DNA of 64,000 nucleotides, from the NCBI GenBank assembly GCA_026982895.1, contig JALWQW010000003.1:10063-74062 (forward strand). Direction: 5' to 3'. This document shows positions 48,078 through 58,052 of this stretch, piece by piece. The notes below the pieces were generated by a model, which worked only from the letters and a program-made list of their open reading frames with translations, was not told the origin of the DNA and did no database searches. Positions within the stretch are counted from its first letter, which is position 1. The number at the start of each line of letters is the position of its first letter. Made by a program: the position numbers and the translations under genes. The stretch comes from Candidatus Micrarchaeota archaeon (lineage in GTDB: Archaea; Micrarchaeota; Micrarchaeia; Anstonellales; J096).

Positions 48078-48242
48078 ATGGCATTATTGAAAGAAGGAAC
48101 TGTAGTTGTTATTACCAAAGGCGCTGATGCTGGCAAGAAAGCAGAGATTATAGGTTTAGATGGCAAGATGCTCCGCATAAGAATGGAGAGCGGTAAGGAG
48201 CGCAACATATCTTTTAGGCATGTAGAGCCAGTGAAGGCTTAG
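48078..48242 (+). CDS. rpl14e: 50S ribosomal protein L14e, short 54-aa form (absent from ORF track)
   Basis: MALLKEGTVVVITKGADAGKKAEIIGLDGKMLRIRMESGKERNISFRHVEPVKA: KOW motif G.DAGKK and HVEP; GGAGGG SD; directly before cbf5 as in the conserved order. Confidence 0.78.
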   Translation: MALLKEGTVVVITKGADAGKKAEIIGLDGKMLRIRMESGKERNISFRHVEPVKA

Positions 48243-48243
48243 T

Positions 48244-49158
48244 ATGGACGCGACTTCTTTAGATAAGGTCGATTTGCCGAAAATAACCGCTGAGCAGCGT
48301 GCCTTTTTGAAAAGTATAGCCGACGATAAATTTCTCATCGTCGATAAGCCGCCGGATATTATAACCCATGAAATCTCTTCTTTTTTAGGTCGCCTCTTTG
48401 GGGTTAAGGCGGGGCATAGCGGCACTCTTGACCCGGATGTAAGTGGTGTTTTGCTTGTCGGCATGGGGAGGGCCACAAGACTCTTGCAGTATTTAACAGA
48501 GCAGGATAAGACTTATATAGGTTTGGCAGAGTTTCCAGACGAAAAAGATGAAGGAACTGTAAAGGAAATTTTTTCAAAGCTCACGGGTGTGGTGGAGCAG
48601 ATTCCTCCTGAAAAGTCCGCAGTTGTTAGGAGACGAAGGAAGCGGCATGTTTACAGCTTAGATTTATTGGAGATGGATACCAATCCAGGAAGATTTGCTT
48701 TGTTTAGGGCGTTTGTTGAGAAAGGGACATATATACGCGTTCTTTGTGAAGATATGGGGGGCAGAATGGCAGATTTGAGAAGAGTAAGTGCTGGAGGCAT
48801 AAGCGAAGAGCATGCTCTTATAATGGAGCGCATATTGGATGCCTACACCTCTTACTTATGCAACGATGATTCGTCGTTGCTTGAGAAGTATCTTAAAACG
48901 CCTGAATGGGTCTTCGAACATTCAAGCATATCCAAAGCATATATCAACGATAAAGCAGCAGAAGCTCTTCTTCGAGGAGCCCCTCTCTATGCGCCAGGGA
49001 TAGAAAAATACATTGGCGAGGTAAAAGCCGGGAAGTGGCTAGCGGTGTTTAGGCATTCTGATGGTAGATTAATAGGCGTTTTGAAGATTCACAATGATTA
49101 TAACGGCGAGGAAAAGGGTCTCGTTGCCAAAGGCGGGCGAATCCATTTAAAGGTATAG
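48244..49158 (+). CDS. cbf5: RNA-guided pseudouridine synthase Cbf5/TruB
   Basis: VDKP, GHSGTLDPDVSGVL, Q.PP.KSAV.R..R.R, GTYIRVLC.D, C-terminal PUA domain (GAPLYAPGI). Confidence 0.93.
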   Translation: MDATSLDKVDLPKITAEQRAFLKSIADDKFLIVDKPPDIITHEISSFLGRLFGVKAGHSGTLDPDVSGVLLVGMGRATRLLQYLTEQDKTYIGLAEFPDEKDEGTVKEIFSKLTGVVEQIPPEKSAVVRRRRKRHVYSLDLLEMDTNPGRFALFRAFVEKGTYIRVLCEDMGGRMADLRRVSAGGISEEHALIMERILDAYTSYLCNDDSSLLEKYLKTPEWVFEHSSISKAYINDKAAEALLRGAPLYAPGIEKYIGEVKAGKWLAVFRHSDGRLIGVLKIHNDYNGEEKGLVAKGGRIHLKV

Positions 49159-49172
49159 GTTAAAATCTATTC

Positions 49173-49718
49173 ATGGCAACATTGAGGAAGGATATTTTAA
49201 TGCGCCTTTACAACTCTTTTTATAGAAGGCGCTATAGGAATCTAAGGAAGCTTTATTCTTCGTTAGTTAATGAGCTTGTCGTTAATTTCAGCGATGAACT
49301 CTTGGAATTTACTGTTTTCACATATGCGCTTGGGAAGCTGTTAGTTAAACCGCGGTATTCCAGGCCAGAATATGAAGAATACTGGAAGGAAATTTTAGAA
49401 TATCTCGGTGAGCTTAAGGACAATAAAATCTCATTAGAGAAAGCGTCTAAGTATCTTCGAGAGCTTTTCCTAAAAATGGAAAGCGAAGACCCACGCTATC
49501 TCTTCGACATGCTGACAAAGGCAAAGATAAAAACCGCAGCCACGCTATACGCAAAAGGAGTGTCTTTAGGCACGGTGGCTGGTTTGTTAAAAATCCCAAA
49601 AGAGGAAATTCTATCCTATGCAGGCAAGACGATGATGTTTGATAGGGTTAAGGAGGAAATCCCTGTAAAAAAGCGTCTGATTGTTGCGGAGAAGCTGTTT
49701 GGTGTGGAGGGGAAATAA
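49173..49718 (+). CDS. Helical protein with C-terminal UPF0175-like HTH
   Basis: AATLYAKGVSLGTVAGLLKIPKEEILSY; stop overlaps the PIN gene start. Confidence 0.65.
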   Translation: MATLRKDILMRLYNSFYRRRYRNLRKLYSSLVNELVVNFSDELLEFTVFTYALGKLLVKPRYSRPEYEEYWKEILEYLGELKDNKISLEKASKYLRELFLKMESEDPRYLFDMLTKAKIKTAATLYAKGVSLGTVAGLLKIPKEEILSYAGKTMMFDRVKEEIPVKKRLIVAEKLFGVEGK

Positions 49719-50407
49719 TGGAACATTCAATTTTATGCGACTCTTCTGTCTTAATATCCTTGACAGATGCATGCTTTGCCGACATATTTCCTTTTTTGGC
49801 TAAGAAGACGCCTGTTGAGTTTTATATAACACCTGGCGTTAAGCAGGAAATTATTAATAGGCCACTGTCTATACAAATGAAGGCATATGAGCTCTCTGCT
49901 GTTAGAATGAAAAAGCTGCTAAAAGATAAGGCCATAAAATATATTGATGCAGATACTGCTGATTTGACAAAACGACTGATGTTTCTTGGTAATAATATGT
50001 TCTATGCTCATGGAAAGCCTATACATCTCATTGACTTGGGCGAGACGGACATAATAGCTACTGCCAGTCTTCTCGGTATAAAAGCCTTATTAATTGATGA
50101 GAGAACTACGAGGATGCTCATAGAGGCGCCGTTCAGGGTTAAAGACCACTTGGAAGATGAGCTTCGCACTTCTGTTTCCATAAATGAAAAGAACTATTAT
50201 GAGTTTAGGCATGCCGTTGAGGGAATGAAGGTTATAAGGAGCATTGAGCTCTTATCTGTAGCATATGAGCTTGGCTACTTTGATGATTTTGGCAACGACA
50301 AAGTATTAACCTTCGAGGCGGCCTTGTATAAAACAAAGTACTCCGGCAGCGCTGTCCAGTTCGATGAGATAAAGGAGTTGCTCCACATATTAACCCAATC
50401 TAATTGA
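49718..50407 (+). CDS. PIN-domain protein (DUF3368-like)
   Basis: CDSSVLI, TPGV..E, DLGE..IIA, LLIDER..R. Confidence 0.75.
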   Translation: MEHSILCDSSVLISLTDACFADIFPFLAKKTPVEFYITPGVKQEIINRPLSIQMKAYELSAVRMKKLLKDKAIKYIDADTADLTKRLMFLGNNMFYAHGKPIHLIDLGETDIIATASLLGIKALLIDERTTRMLIEAPFRVKDHLEDELRTSVSINEKNYYEFRHAVEGMKVIRSIELLSVAYELGYFDDFGNDKVLTFEAALYKTKYSGSAVQFDEIKELLHILTQSN

Positions 50408-50415
50408 GGTTTAAA

Positions 50416-51084
50416 ATGGAAGGAATTTTATTGAAGGATGAACCCACTATTGTCGTTGATATACGAGAACCGCCATCTCTAGTGGATGAGATAGAACAGC
50501 TAGGCGTAACCGTCGTTAAACAGCAATTGGCAGTAGGTGATTTTTTATTAGGAGGCAATGTTGTCGTCGAAAGAAAAACGCTCAATGATTTTGAGTCCTC
50601 TGTTTTTGACGGCAGGCTTTTCAGGCAAATTACTGAGATGCAGCAGCATTATACAAAAGTTCTCCTCTTATTGGAAGGTGTGGAGTTTCCATCTTATTTG
50701 CCTGTATCTGCCAGAGAAGGCGCGTTAATGAAGCTTGCTTTAAGAGGTGTTCCTGTCGTTTATTCAAAAGGCTTGGGAGAAACAGCGAATTTATTGGCCA
50801 AGCTCGCCATAAAACAATGGGAAGGCAAAGAACATAATTATTCTCTATTGAGGGGGAGAAAACCACGCAATGCGAAGGAACAAGCGTTGTTCGTTATCTC
50901 ATCTCTACCGAACATAAGTGAAAAAAGAGCAGAGCTGTTATTGGAACATTTTGGCTCGCTTCAACGCTTATTCACTGCATCGACAAAGGAATTAATGGAA
51001 GTAGAGGGTATCGGTAAAAAGACTGCTGGAAATCTTCATAAGCTGTTTATAAACTTATTTAGGGAAGACAGTATGGAGGAATAG
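50416..51084 (+). CDS. xpf: Short XPF/ERCC4 endonuclease with tandem HhH
   Basis: VDIRE, L.VGDF, VERKT..DF..S..DGRLF.Q, LPNI...A..LLEHFGS, VEGIGKK. Confidence 0.9.
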   Translation: MEGILLKDEPTIVVDIREPPSLVDEIEQLGVTVVKQQLAVGDFLLGGNVVVERKTLNDFESSVFDGRLFRQITEMQQHYTKVLLLLEGVEFPSYLPVSAREGALMKLALRGVPVVYSKGLGETANLLAKLAIKQWEGKEHNYSLLRGRKPRNAKEQALFVISSLPNISEKRAELLLEHFGSLQRLFTASTKELMEVEGIGKKTAGNLHKLFINLFREDSMEE

Positions 51085-51085
51085 T

Positions 51086-52537
51086 ATGGGATTAGCTAAA
51101 ATGGCCTCTGCATCGACTGTAAAAACCCTTGCTCAACTCGTTGTCTCGTTTATCTTTGCATTTATTCTCTTTCGCTATACTGCTACAAATGTTGTTGGCG
51201 AGTATTATTTTTGGCAGTCACTCTTATTCTTCGGCGGATTGATTTTTGGCTCCATTACTGGCGCCGCTTCTTACATCCTGCCGAAAGCTGGTAAAAAAGC
51301 TGTGAACTACATAATAGCAGCTTCACTTGTTATCTTGCCCATTGCTTTTCTTGTGTATGTGGTGGTATTTGCATATTTTGGTTTGGAGCATTTTGTCTGG
51401 CTTGCCCTTATATCTGCTCTTTCCAATATAGCAACATTCACTATCGCATCTCTTATAAATTCATACAGGGCAAAAGATTATGTTTATGTTTCCTTCGCGA
51501 CATATGCAGTTAAGATTATTTTTCTTTTGCTATTCATATTTATTTTTGGCAGCCTGAGTTTTTGGACACTTATAATATTAGTGCTTCTTGCCCAATCTCC
51601 TGCACTTATTTTATTTGTTAAAATGCTTCTACAAGTTAGGCCGTCCGTTTCTGATTTCATATCTAGCTTCAATAAAATCTTATCTCATTGGAAAGCTGGT
51701 TTTTTCGCATATTCCGTAAATGTCTTAAACTCAATTATTCTCATATCTGATGTTTTCTTTATAGGCGTCTTTTTTACAATGGAGGATACAGGTATATACA
51801 ACGCTATAGGTAATCTTGTAAAATATGCTATGTATGCTATTCCTGGTGGTATCGCTGCCTTTGTCTTTCCTATGGCAGTTAAAGAGGGGAAGGGTTTTTT
51901 GAAGAAGGCTATCTTTTTTCTTACCCTGCTTTTGCTTCCTCTCGTCGTAATTGCAATATATCCAGTCCCTTTCATAAAGGTAATAACGGGTGGTTATCAG
52001 GATTTTGCTAATATAACTCTCTTCTTTTTACCAGCTCTTTTATTTGTTCCAATATCTGCTGGGCTGATGCGCTTCTTCTTGGGTAGGAAAAATTACAATG
52101 TTCTTTTGTATCTCTTCATCGTTGCAGCTGTTAATCTCGTTGTCAATTATTTCTTAGCCGTTGATGCTGATATGTGGTTATATGGTATAGTCCTTGCATC
52201 CTCTATATCTGCGGTGTTGTTTGCTATGCTACTTTCATATCTCGCTTTAAAAGAACGGATTTTAGATGCGTCTTTTGTGCTGAAATATCTGCTTCAAAGC
52301 TCTCTTTTAGCTGTGATTCTGTATGCTATCTCTACACATCTTCCTTTACCAAAGACTTTTGGTGATTTATTTGCTGCTCTTATCTACAGCATTAGCGCCA
52401 TTGTTGTTGCGTATATTTTGAATATTCTTCTCTCCATTGCTATTTACAATAAACTTTTCTTTGAGAGCTTTGAAGATGTAAAGCGTTTATTTGGCAGGCT
52501 TGCTGGCAGGTTTTTTAAAACTCCTTCTAATAATTAA
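51086..52537 (+). CDS. Polysaccharide flippase / MOP-superfamily transporter
   Basis: About 12-14 TMs; D.FFIG.F.....GIYNA and GI.LAS patterns. Confidence 0.78.
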   Translation: MGLAKMASASTVKTLAQLVVSFIFAFILFRYTATNVVGEYYFWQSLLFFGGLIFGSITGAASYILPKAGKKAVNYIIAASLVILPIAFLVYVVVFAYFGLEHFVWLALISALSNIATFTIASLINSYRAKDYVYVSFATYAVKIIFLLLFIFIFGSLSFWTLIILVLLAQSPALILFVKMLLQVRPSVSDFISSFNKILSHWKAGFFAYSVNVLNSIILISDVFFIGVFFTMEDTGIYNAIGNLVKYAMYAIPGGIAAFVFPMAVKEGKGFLKKAIFFLTLLLLPLVVIAIYPVPFIKVITGGYQDFANITLFFLPALLFVPISAGLMRFFLGRKNYNVLLYLFIVAAVNLVVNYFLAVDADMWLYGIVLASSISAVLFAMLLSYLALKERILDASFVLKYLLQSSLLAVILYAISTHLPLPKTFGDLFAALIYSISAIVVAYILNILLSIAIYNKLFFESFEDVKRLFGRLAGRFFKTPSNN

Positions 52538-52539
52538 CC

Positions 52540-53649
52540 GTGCCCCGCATAGCCCAACTGCCCTTACACACAGGAAAAGCGCCTTATTGGTTGTTCTCGC
52601 GCATGAAGAGTTTAGCAGGTATTCTAGCAGAATGGATAGAAGAGGAATATGGTCCTGAAAAACTTATAGAGCGCTTAGCTGACCCTTTATGGTTTCAAGC
52701 ATTTGCTCTTGTCCTTGGCTTTGATTGGCATAGTTCTGGCACTACGACGACGGCCATAGGGGCGTTGCGCGAAGGTTATAAAGGCGAAGCTTTACACATC
52801 ATTGGCGGAAAGGGAAAGCTGAGCAGAGAAGTCTCTAAATTGAAAGAGGATTTTTCTGAAAGGGCTGTACTGCCTCATGCTCTTTTCTCAAAGGCCCTCA
52901 TAGATGGATACAGTATTTATTTTGCTTCTGCAATACACGACGGAAAGCGCTTTGTAGTTATAGACCAAGGCATGAATGACACTCTTGGTTATGCCCGCCG
53001 TTATCATTGGTATTCTGAATTTTCCCCCTACGAAGAGAAGGAGAATATTGCAGGTCTAGAGGACATTGCCCTGAATACAATAAGCAAACGGTCTCGCAGG
53101 CTCAGAAAGGCTATGGTTGATGCTGTGAATGAAGGCGATATATTAAAAGTCGGAGCTGATATAAAAGGCATATTCAAAGCAGCCTCAAAAGATGGAGTTA
53201 AGCAGAAAACTCTCTTAGATTATAGCAAAGATGACGAGCTTGTCCTATCCTTACCTAAGCGTCATTGGATAAGGCCAACTGATTTATCTAAGAAGGACCT
53301 TACACTATTCAAAGCGCTTCGCGAATACAAACCGAGCAGCTATGATGAACTTCTTCTCTTTGAAGGTTTTGGGGCTAAGAAGGTCAGGGCATTGGCGCTT
53401 ATAGCCAAGCTTGTATATGGAGAAGAGATAGATTGGAAAGACCCTGTTAAATATAGCTATGCTCATGGTGGCAAAGACGGTATTCCCTACCCTGTCAATA
53501 GAGGCTTATATGATGCAAATATTTCATTGCTTAGAGAGGTATTAGAGGATGCAAAGGTTAAGGAAGGGGAGAAGAAAAAAGCCCTTCGTCGCTTATACAC
53601 ATTTACTAAAAAGGTTGAGCAACAGGTTGAAAAACAATCTCGCGATTGA
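52540..53649 (+). CDS. DUF763 family protein
   Basis: LPLH.GKAP.WLF.RM, DP.WFQA, DWHSSGTTT, QGMN, ARRYHW, AHGGKDG.PYPV. Confidence 0.92.
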   Translation: MPRIAQLPLHTGKAPYWLFSRMKSLAGILAEWIEEEYGPEKLIERLADPLWFQAFALVLGFDWHSSGTTTTAIGALREGYKGEALHIIGGKGKLSREVSKLKEDFSERAVLPHALFSKALIDGYSIYFASAIHDGKRFVVIDQGMNDTLGYARRYHWYSEFSPYEEKENIAGLEDIALNTISKRSRRLRKAMVDAVNEGDILKVGADIKGIFKAASKDGVKQKTLLDYSKDDELVLSLPKRHWIRPTDLSKKDLTLFKALREYKPSSYDELLLFEGFGAKKVRALALIAKLVYGEEIDWKDPVKYSYAHGGKDGIPYPVNRGLYDANISLLREVLEDAKVKEGEKKKALRRLYTFTKKVEQQVEKQSRD

Positions 53650-54459
53650 TTATACTGCTTTAGCAACTATGCCTTGAACTCTCTTATTGTATTTGATAAC
53701 ATGCCAACCTGTTTCTTCCAATCTCTCTCTTATGCGCTCTTCAATATTGTAGCCCTTTTTTTCTTTCACGCTTCCTATATAGTGGTAGAGCAACGCTCCC
53801 TTCTTTGCGGCTCTGCGGAGGGCCTTGTAGAAAGGGCGGGAGTAAAGAGCTTCTGCTACGCGCATAGATGGCGGGTCATGGATAATTTTTGTAAATTCTC
53901 CTTTGTATTTCATAATCTCTTCGTTTATGTCGCTGTTTATTATTTCTATGTGTGGGTTTTTAAACAACTCTTTGCTGTATGGATTCCACTCTGCTATATC
54001 GAGCACTGCTGGGCTTATTTCATAACTAACAACCTTCTTTGCCTTTTTTGCCAATAAACGCGTTATATATCCTTGGCCAAAACATGTTTCTAAAACCACA
54101 TCTTTCTCCTCAATATTCAAAAGCTCTACCACTCTTTTCGCATAGTCGAAAGGGCTTCCTGCTGAGAATACATGCATCCTTATGCCATTGATTTCGAGCG
54201 TTGGGTAGTCCTTAATCATTTTAAGCGCGTAGTAACCATTGTTGAAGGTTGCGAGCTTGAAGAGTTGCTTTCCGTCATAGACATGAATTGTGTTGTCTCT
54301 TACGCGTTTTAGCGTCTCTTCACCTATTTCATCCCTGAGAGTATCTATGTCTTTTTCTTCAACCGTTAAGCCGAGGTCTAAGCTTATCTTGGTCTTCCCC
54401 TTTCCTTTCAATATTTGCTCTGCCAAATCTTTGTAAAGGTAGTAAATCATCCTTGCCAT
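53650..54459 (-). CDS. SAM-dependent methyltransferase (archaeal type)
   Basis: SLDLG, PTLEINGIRMH, VLETCFGQGY, IIHDPP, LYS..FY. Confidence 0.85.
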   Translation of the reverse strand: MARMIYYLYKDLAEQILKGKGKTKISLDLGLTVEEKDIDTLRDEIGEETLKRVRDNTIHVYDGKQLFKLATFNNGYYALKMIKDYPTLEINGIRMHVFSAGSPFDYAKRVVELLNIEEKDVVLETCFGQGYITRLLAKKAKKVVSYEISPAVLDIAEWNPYSKELFKNPHIEIINSDINEEIMKYKGEFTKIIHDPPSMRVAEALYSRPFYKALRRAAKKGALLYHYIGSVKEKKGYNIEERIRERLEETGWHVIKYNKRVQGIVAKAV

Positions 54460-54555
54460 ATGAATAGAAAAGCTTAAAACACACTCATTTTTAAACATTA
54501 CTATACACTATATTATGTATTAACAAATGGTTAGCTGTGGCAATGAGATGATTTT

Positions 54556-54849
54556 ATGATAGGTGGGCAGGAAAAGATGAGGGAACGGTTGCCAAAATCG
54601 GCACAGAAGGAGAAGCTGGAAGAGGCCATCATCCGTAATCTTATAACGAGCGCCTTGAAACGCATCTCCTCTCAAACGCTGCCCAATACAACCACCAAAA
54701 GTTTTTTAGAAACTGTTGAAAGACTAAATTCTTCTTCAAATAGAATAACTCTGCCTGCAACCGTTGCTCGCGATTTTCTTCGCTTGTATGAAAAAGCGCG
54801 TAGAGATGCTGAGGGCTCCACTCTTAAGCCCGCTAGGAAATTCCGCTGA
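54556..54849 (+). CDS. Small hypothetical basic protein
   Basis: 97-aa ORF filling the intergenic gap; no family recognised. Confidence 0.45.
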   Translation: MIGGQEKMRERLPKSAQKEKLEEAIIRNLITSALKRISSQTLPNTTTKSFLETVERLNSSSNRITLPATVARDFLRLYEKARRDAEGSTLKPARKFR

Positions 54850-54891
54850 TTGGCATATCCTTTTTAAGCTCTTCCCATTAAAGCGGCACAC

Positions 54892-55119
54892 ATGATTGTT
54901 ATTGATCATGATGCCTGTATTTTTTGTGGAGGTTGTTCATCAGTATGTCCAGCCTCTGCCATAGAGTTGAAAGGCACAAGAGTTGCTACATATCCAGAGA
55001 AGTGCATCGATTGCGGATTGTGTGTTAAGGCCTGTCCAGCAAATGTCATTGAGATGTTTAAGGGTATAAAGCGCGTCGAGGACCTGCCCGAAGAGGTTAG
55101 GAAGAAATATGGGGTGTGA
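54892..55119 (+). CDS. 2x[4Fe-4S] ferredoxin
   Basis: CIFCGGCSSVCP and CIDCGLCVKACP. Confidence 0.95.
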   Translation: MIVIDHDACIFCGGCSSVCPASAIELKGTRVATYPEKCIDCGLCVKACPANVIEMFKGIKRVEDLPEEVRKKYGV

Positions 55120-55121
55120 TT

Positions 55122-56342
55122 ATGCACGATATGGAAGTTGATGTTGCTGTTGTAGGGGCTGGGCCTGCTGGTTCGACATTTGCGAGAATAGCTGCTCAGG
55201 CTGGTTTGGAGGTAGTTGTATTCGATAAGAGGAAAGAATTAGGCAATCCAGTGCGCTGCGGTGAGGGTTTGGGTGTAGCAGAGCCCATGCGCGAAGGCTT
55301 GGAGCTGCCTAGATACGCTTATTCTGTCGAGATATATGGAGCCAAGGTTGTAGCCCCGAATGGAAAGGAAATCATTATGCGTAACGAAAATACAAGGGGC
55401 TGGGTTTTAGAGAGGAAGTATTTTGATAAGTGGTTAGGCGAGCTTGCAGTAGATAAAGGCGCTAAGATTTATGCCTACCATCGCGTCTTTGATGCCAAGA
55501 AGGAAGATGACGGCGTTACACTAAGCGTTATGGATGAAAATGACAAAGTGAGTCATGTCAAGGCTAAGCTTGTCATCTCTGCAGAAGGTATGGAGGCGCT
55601 CACTGCTAGGAAGCTTGGTTTCCCCACTATTCATCGCCTCTATGATGTTGATACCTGCTACCAATACGAGATGAAGCCCTACGACCATGAAAACCTCATA
55701 GAGCTTTATTTTGGCAATAAGATAGCTCCTCGTGGGTATGTTTGGGTCTTTCCCAAGGCTGCTAGAAAAGCTAATGTCGGTATAGGTATAGGCGCTCATC
55801 TGATAACCGGACAAAAGAGGGGTGGTTTGGATGGAGCGACGCCCAAGGTCTTCCTCGACGAGTTCATTGTTAACAATGACCAATTGAAGGAAGCGAGCAA
55901 GCTTCTGGACTTCGGTGGTGTCATCAGCGTTGGCGCTCCTATAGACCGATTCGTCGATGATAGAGTTATGGTAATAGGCACTGCCGCCAAACAAGTAGAC
56001 CCTATCCATGGTGGTGGTATCGAGTTGGCCATGCACGCCGGTACGCTTGCAGCCGATGCTGCTATAAAGGCCTTCGAAAAGAACGATTTTAGCAAAGACA
56101 TGCTTTACAATGGATATGAGAAGCCGTGGAGAGATAGCAGGGGTGCAGAATTAGACCTTCGCCTCAGGCTTAGAAAGGCTCTTGAAGCGCTCAGTGATGA
56201 TGACTTAAATTATATTTTCGAAGCTGTGAGCGGCAATGAGCTTTTGGATGTGATGGCTGGTAATGTGGCTCCTGTTGTGGCTAAGGTCTTAAAAGGCAGG
56301 CCTTCCCTATTGAAAGTTCTTGGTCCCCTTGTAAAGGGCTGA
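55122..56342 (+). CDS. Digeranylgeranylglycerophospholipid reductase (geranylgeranyl reductase family)
   Basis: VVGAGPAGS, PVRCGEG, ERK.FDK.L, AP.GYVWVFPK, ANVGIG, P.HGGGI; coupled to the ferredoxin gene. Confidence 0.92.
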   Translation: MHDMEVDVAVVGAGPAGSTFARIAAQAGLEVVVFDKRKELGNPVRCGEGLGVAEPMREGLELPRYAYSVEIYGAKVVAPNGKEIIMRNENTRGWVLERKYFDKWLGELAVDKGAKIYAYHRVFDAKKEDDGVTLSVMDENDKVSHVKAKLVISAEGMEALTARKLGFPTIHRLYDVDTCYQYEMKPYDHENLIELYFGNKIAPRGYVWVFPKAARKANVGIGIGAHLITGQKRGGLDGATPKVFLDEFIVNNDQLKEASKLLDFGGVISVGAPIDRFVDDRVMVIGTAAKQVDPIHGGGIELAMHAGTLAADAAIKAFEKNDFSKDMLYNGYEKPWRDSRGAELDLRLRLRKALEALSDDDLNYIFEAVSGNELLDVMAGNVAPVVAKVLKGRPSLLKVLGPLVKG

Positions 56343-56357
56343 GTAGAAGATGAGATT

Positions 56358-56642
56358 ATGGATAAAGAGGAGCTTCTCAATATAGCGGAGGTTGCTAAAT
56401 TAAGTTTAACCGATGAGGAGGTAGAAGCTCTCATTAAGGATATTGATGCTGTTTTAGCTTACTTTAAATCCATAGACAGGTATGAAGGAGAGGTATTAAC
56501 GCATATTGTAGACGGCAACATGTCTTTAAGGAAAGATAAGCCTGCAAAAGTTTCTGAAGAAAAGGCATTAGTCATAAGGCAGAATTTTGCTAAGTCGAAG
56601 GACAACTTTGCAAGGGTTCCTCGCCAAGGCAAGAAGGTATGA
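56358..56642 (+). CDS. gatC: Asp/Glu-tRNA amidotransferase subunit C
   Basis: IA..AKL.L...E....DI..VL.YF, LRKD, F.RVPR; directly before gatA. Confidence 0.85.
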   Translation: MDKEELLNIAEVAKLSLTDEEVEALIKDIDAVLAYFKSIDRYEGEVLTHIVDGNMSLRKDKPAKVSEEKALVIRQNFAKSKDNFARVPRQGKKV

Positions 56643-56646
56643 TAAT

Positions 56647-57987
56647 ATGGTTGTCGAGAAAGTTAAGCGTTTCTTAAAAGTGATTGAAGATAAGAATCCG
56701 AAGTTGAATGCCATTCTCCATGTTTTTAGAGATGATGCTATTAAACAGGCTGAAGCTGTCGAACAAAAAATAAATGAAGGAAATGCTGGCAGATTAGCAG
56801 GTTATGTTTTCACTATAAAAAACAACATCGCTATAAAGGGCAAGCCACTGACTGCTGCAAGCAAAGCTTTGGAGCATTACATCTCTCCTTACGATGCTGC
56901 TGTTATAGAGAAGCTTCGAAAAGAAGATGCTGTAATCGTTGGCACGGCTAACATGGATGAGTTCGCAACCGGCAGCGACAGCACGACGAGCGCCTTTGGT
57001 CCCGTTAAGAATGCTATAGATGACGCTTATGTGGCTGGCGGGAGCAGCGGAGGCAGTGCATCAAGTGTGAAGGCGGGGATGGCAGACGCTTCTTTAGGCA
57101 GTGATACTGGTGGCAGCATACGCTGTCCTGCTACTTTTAATGGTGTCGTCGGCTTCAAACCCAGCTATGGCAGAGTGAGTAGGTATGGTTTGGCTGATAT
57201 GGCCATGAGTTTGGACCAAATAGGGCCTATAACAAATACTGTCGAAGATGCAAAGCGCATATATGATGTAATCAATGGAAAGGATGAGAGGGATGTTACA
57301 ACCCATGAATTCCCCACTATGCCTAATAAATCTAATGTTAAGGTCGCTGTCTTAAAGGAGATTGTGGATGGCAGTGATGAACTCGTCAGAGAGTTATTCT
57401 TCAAGGCCCTCGACAAGGCGTCTGTAGAATATGAGCTCGTTTCTGTGCCTGAGGCAAAAGATGTCGTTGCCATTTATTACTTGAATATGTTTGCCGAATT
57501 CAGCTCTGCTATGCAGAAGTATGATGGTGTTCGATATGGCGCTAATAATGCCATGGATGAAGCATCTAATTATTTCGAATTGGCGAAGGTTTTTAGAGGA
57601 GAACATTTTGGTAGGGAGGTTAAGCGCCGCATACTCCTTGGCACATTTATAACGATGAAGGAATTCAAGGATGCTTGGTATATGAAGGCTTTGAAGGCGC
57701 GCGCGCAGTTGAAGGGTAGGGTTGCCAAGGTTTTTGATGAATATGATATTCTATTAACGCCTACAATGCCTGTCTTTCCGTGGAAGATTGGCGAGAAGCA
57801 GCAAGACCCCGTTCAAATGTATACTGCGGATATCGCCACAGCCATAGCTAATCTCACAGGCATTCCAGCAGGCACAGTGCCTTTCTATGATGGGGAGAAG
57901 TTTCCAGTAGGCGTGCAGGTTTTATCTGCTTATGGCAGTGATGATGCTGTTCTTGATTATATGGCAAGATTAGAATCATCCTTTTAG
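56647..57987 (+). CDS. gatA: Asp/Glu-tRNA amidotransferase subunit A
   Basis: Amidase signature NMDEFA.GS, GGSSGGSA, LGSDTGGSIRCPA, FKPSYGRVSRYGL, EVKRRILLGT. Confidence 0.96.
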   Translation: MVVEKVKRFLKVIEDKNPKLNAILHVFRDDAIKQAEAVEQKINEGNAGRLAGYVFTIKNNIAIKGKPLTAASKALEHYISPYDAAVIEKLRKEDAVIVGTANMDEFATGSDSTTSAFGPVKNAIDDAYVAGGSSGGSASSVKAGMADASLGSDTGGSIRCPATFNGVVGFKPSYGRVSRYGLADMAMSLDQIGPITNTVEDAKRIYDVINGKDERDVTTHEFPTMPNKSNVKVAVLKEIVDGSDELVRELFFKALDKASVEYELVSVPEAKDVVAIYYLNMFAEFSSAMQKYDGVRYGANNAMDEASNYFELAKVFRGEHFGREVKRRILLGTFITMKEFKDAWYMKALKARAQLKGRVAKVFDEYDILLTPTMPVFPWKIGEKQQDPVQMYTADIATAIANLTGIPAGTVPFYDGEKFPVGVQVLSAYGSDDAVLDYMARLESSF

Positions 57988-58020
57988 AGTTTTGGCAATA
58001 CTTACTCATAGATTTTATGC

Positions 58021-58052
58021 TATTTATTAAATGTATTTATTAAATGTATTTA
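58021..58052. repeat. 13-bp tandem repeat (TATTTATTAAATG x2 plus partial) upstream of ftsZ
   Basis: Read directly at 58021-58033, 58034-58046 and TATTTA at 58047-58052. Confidence 0.75.
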
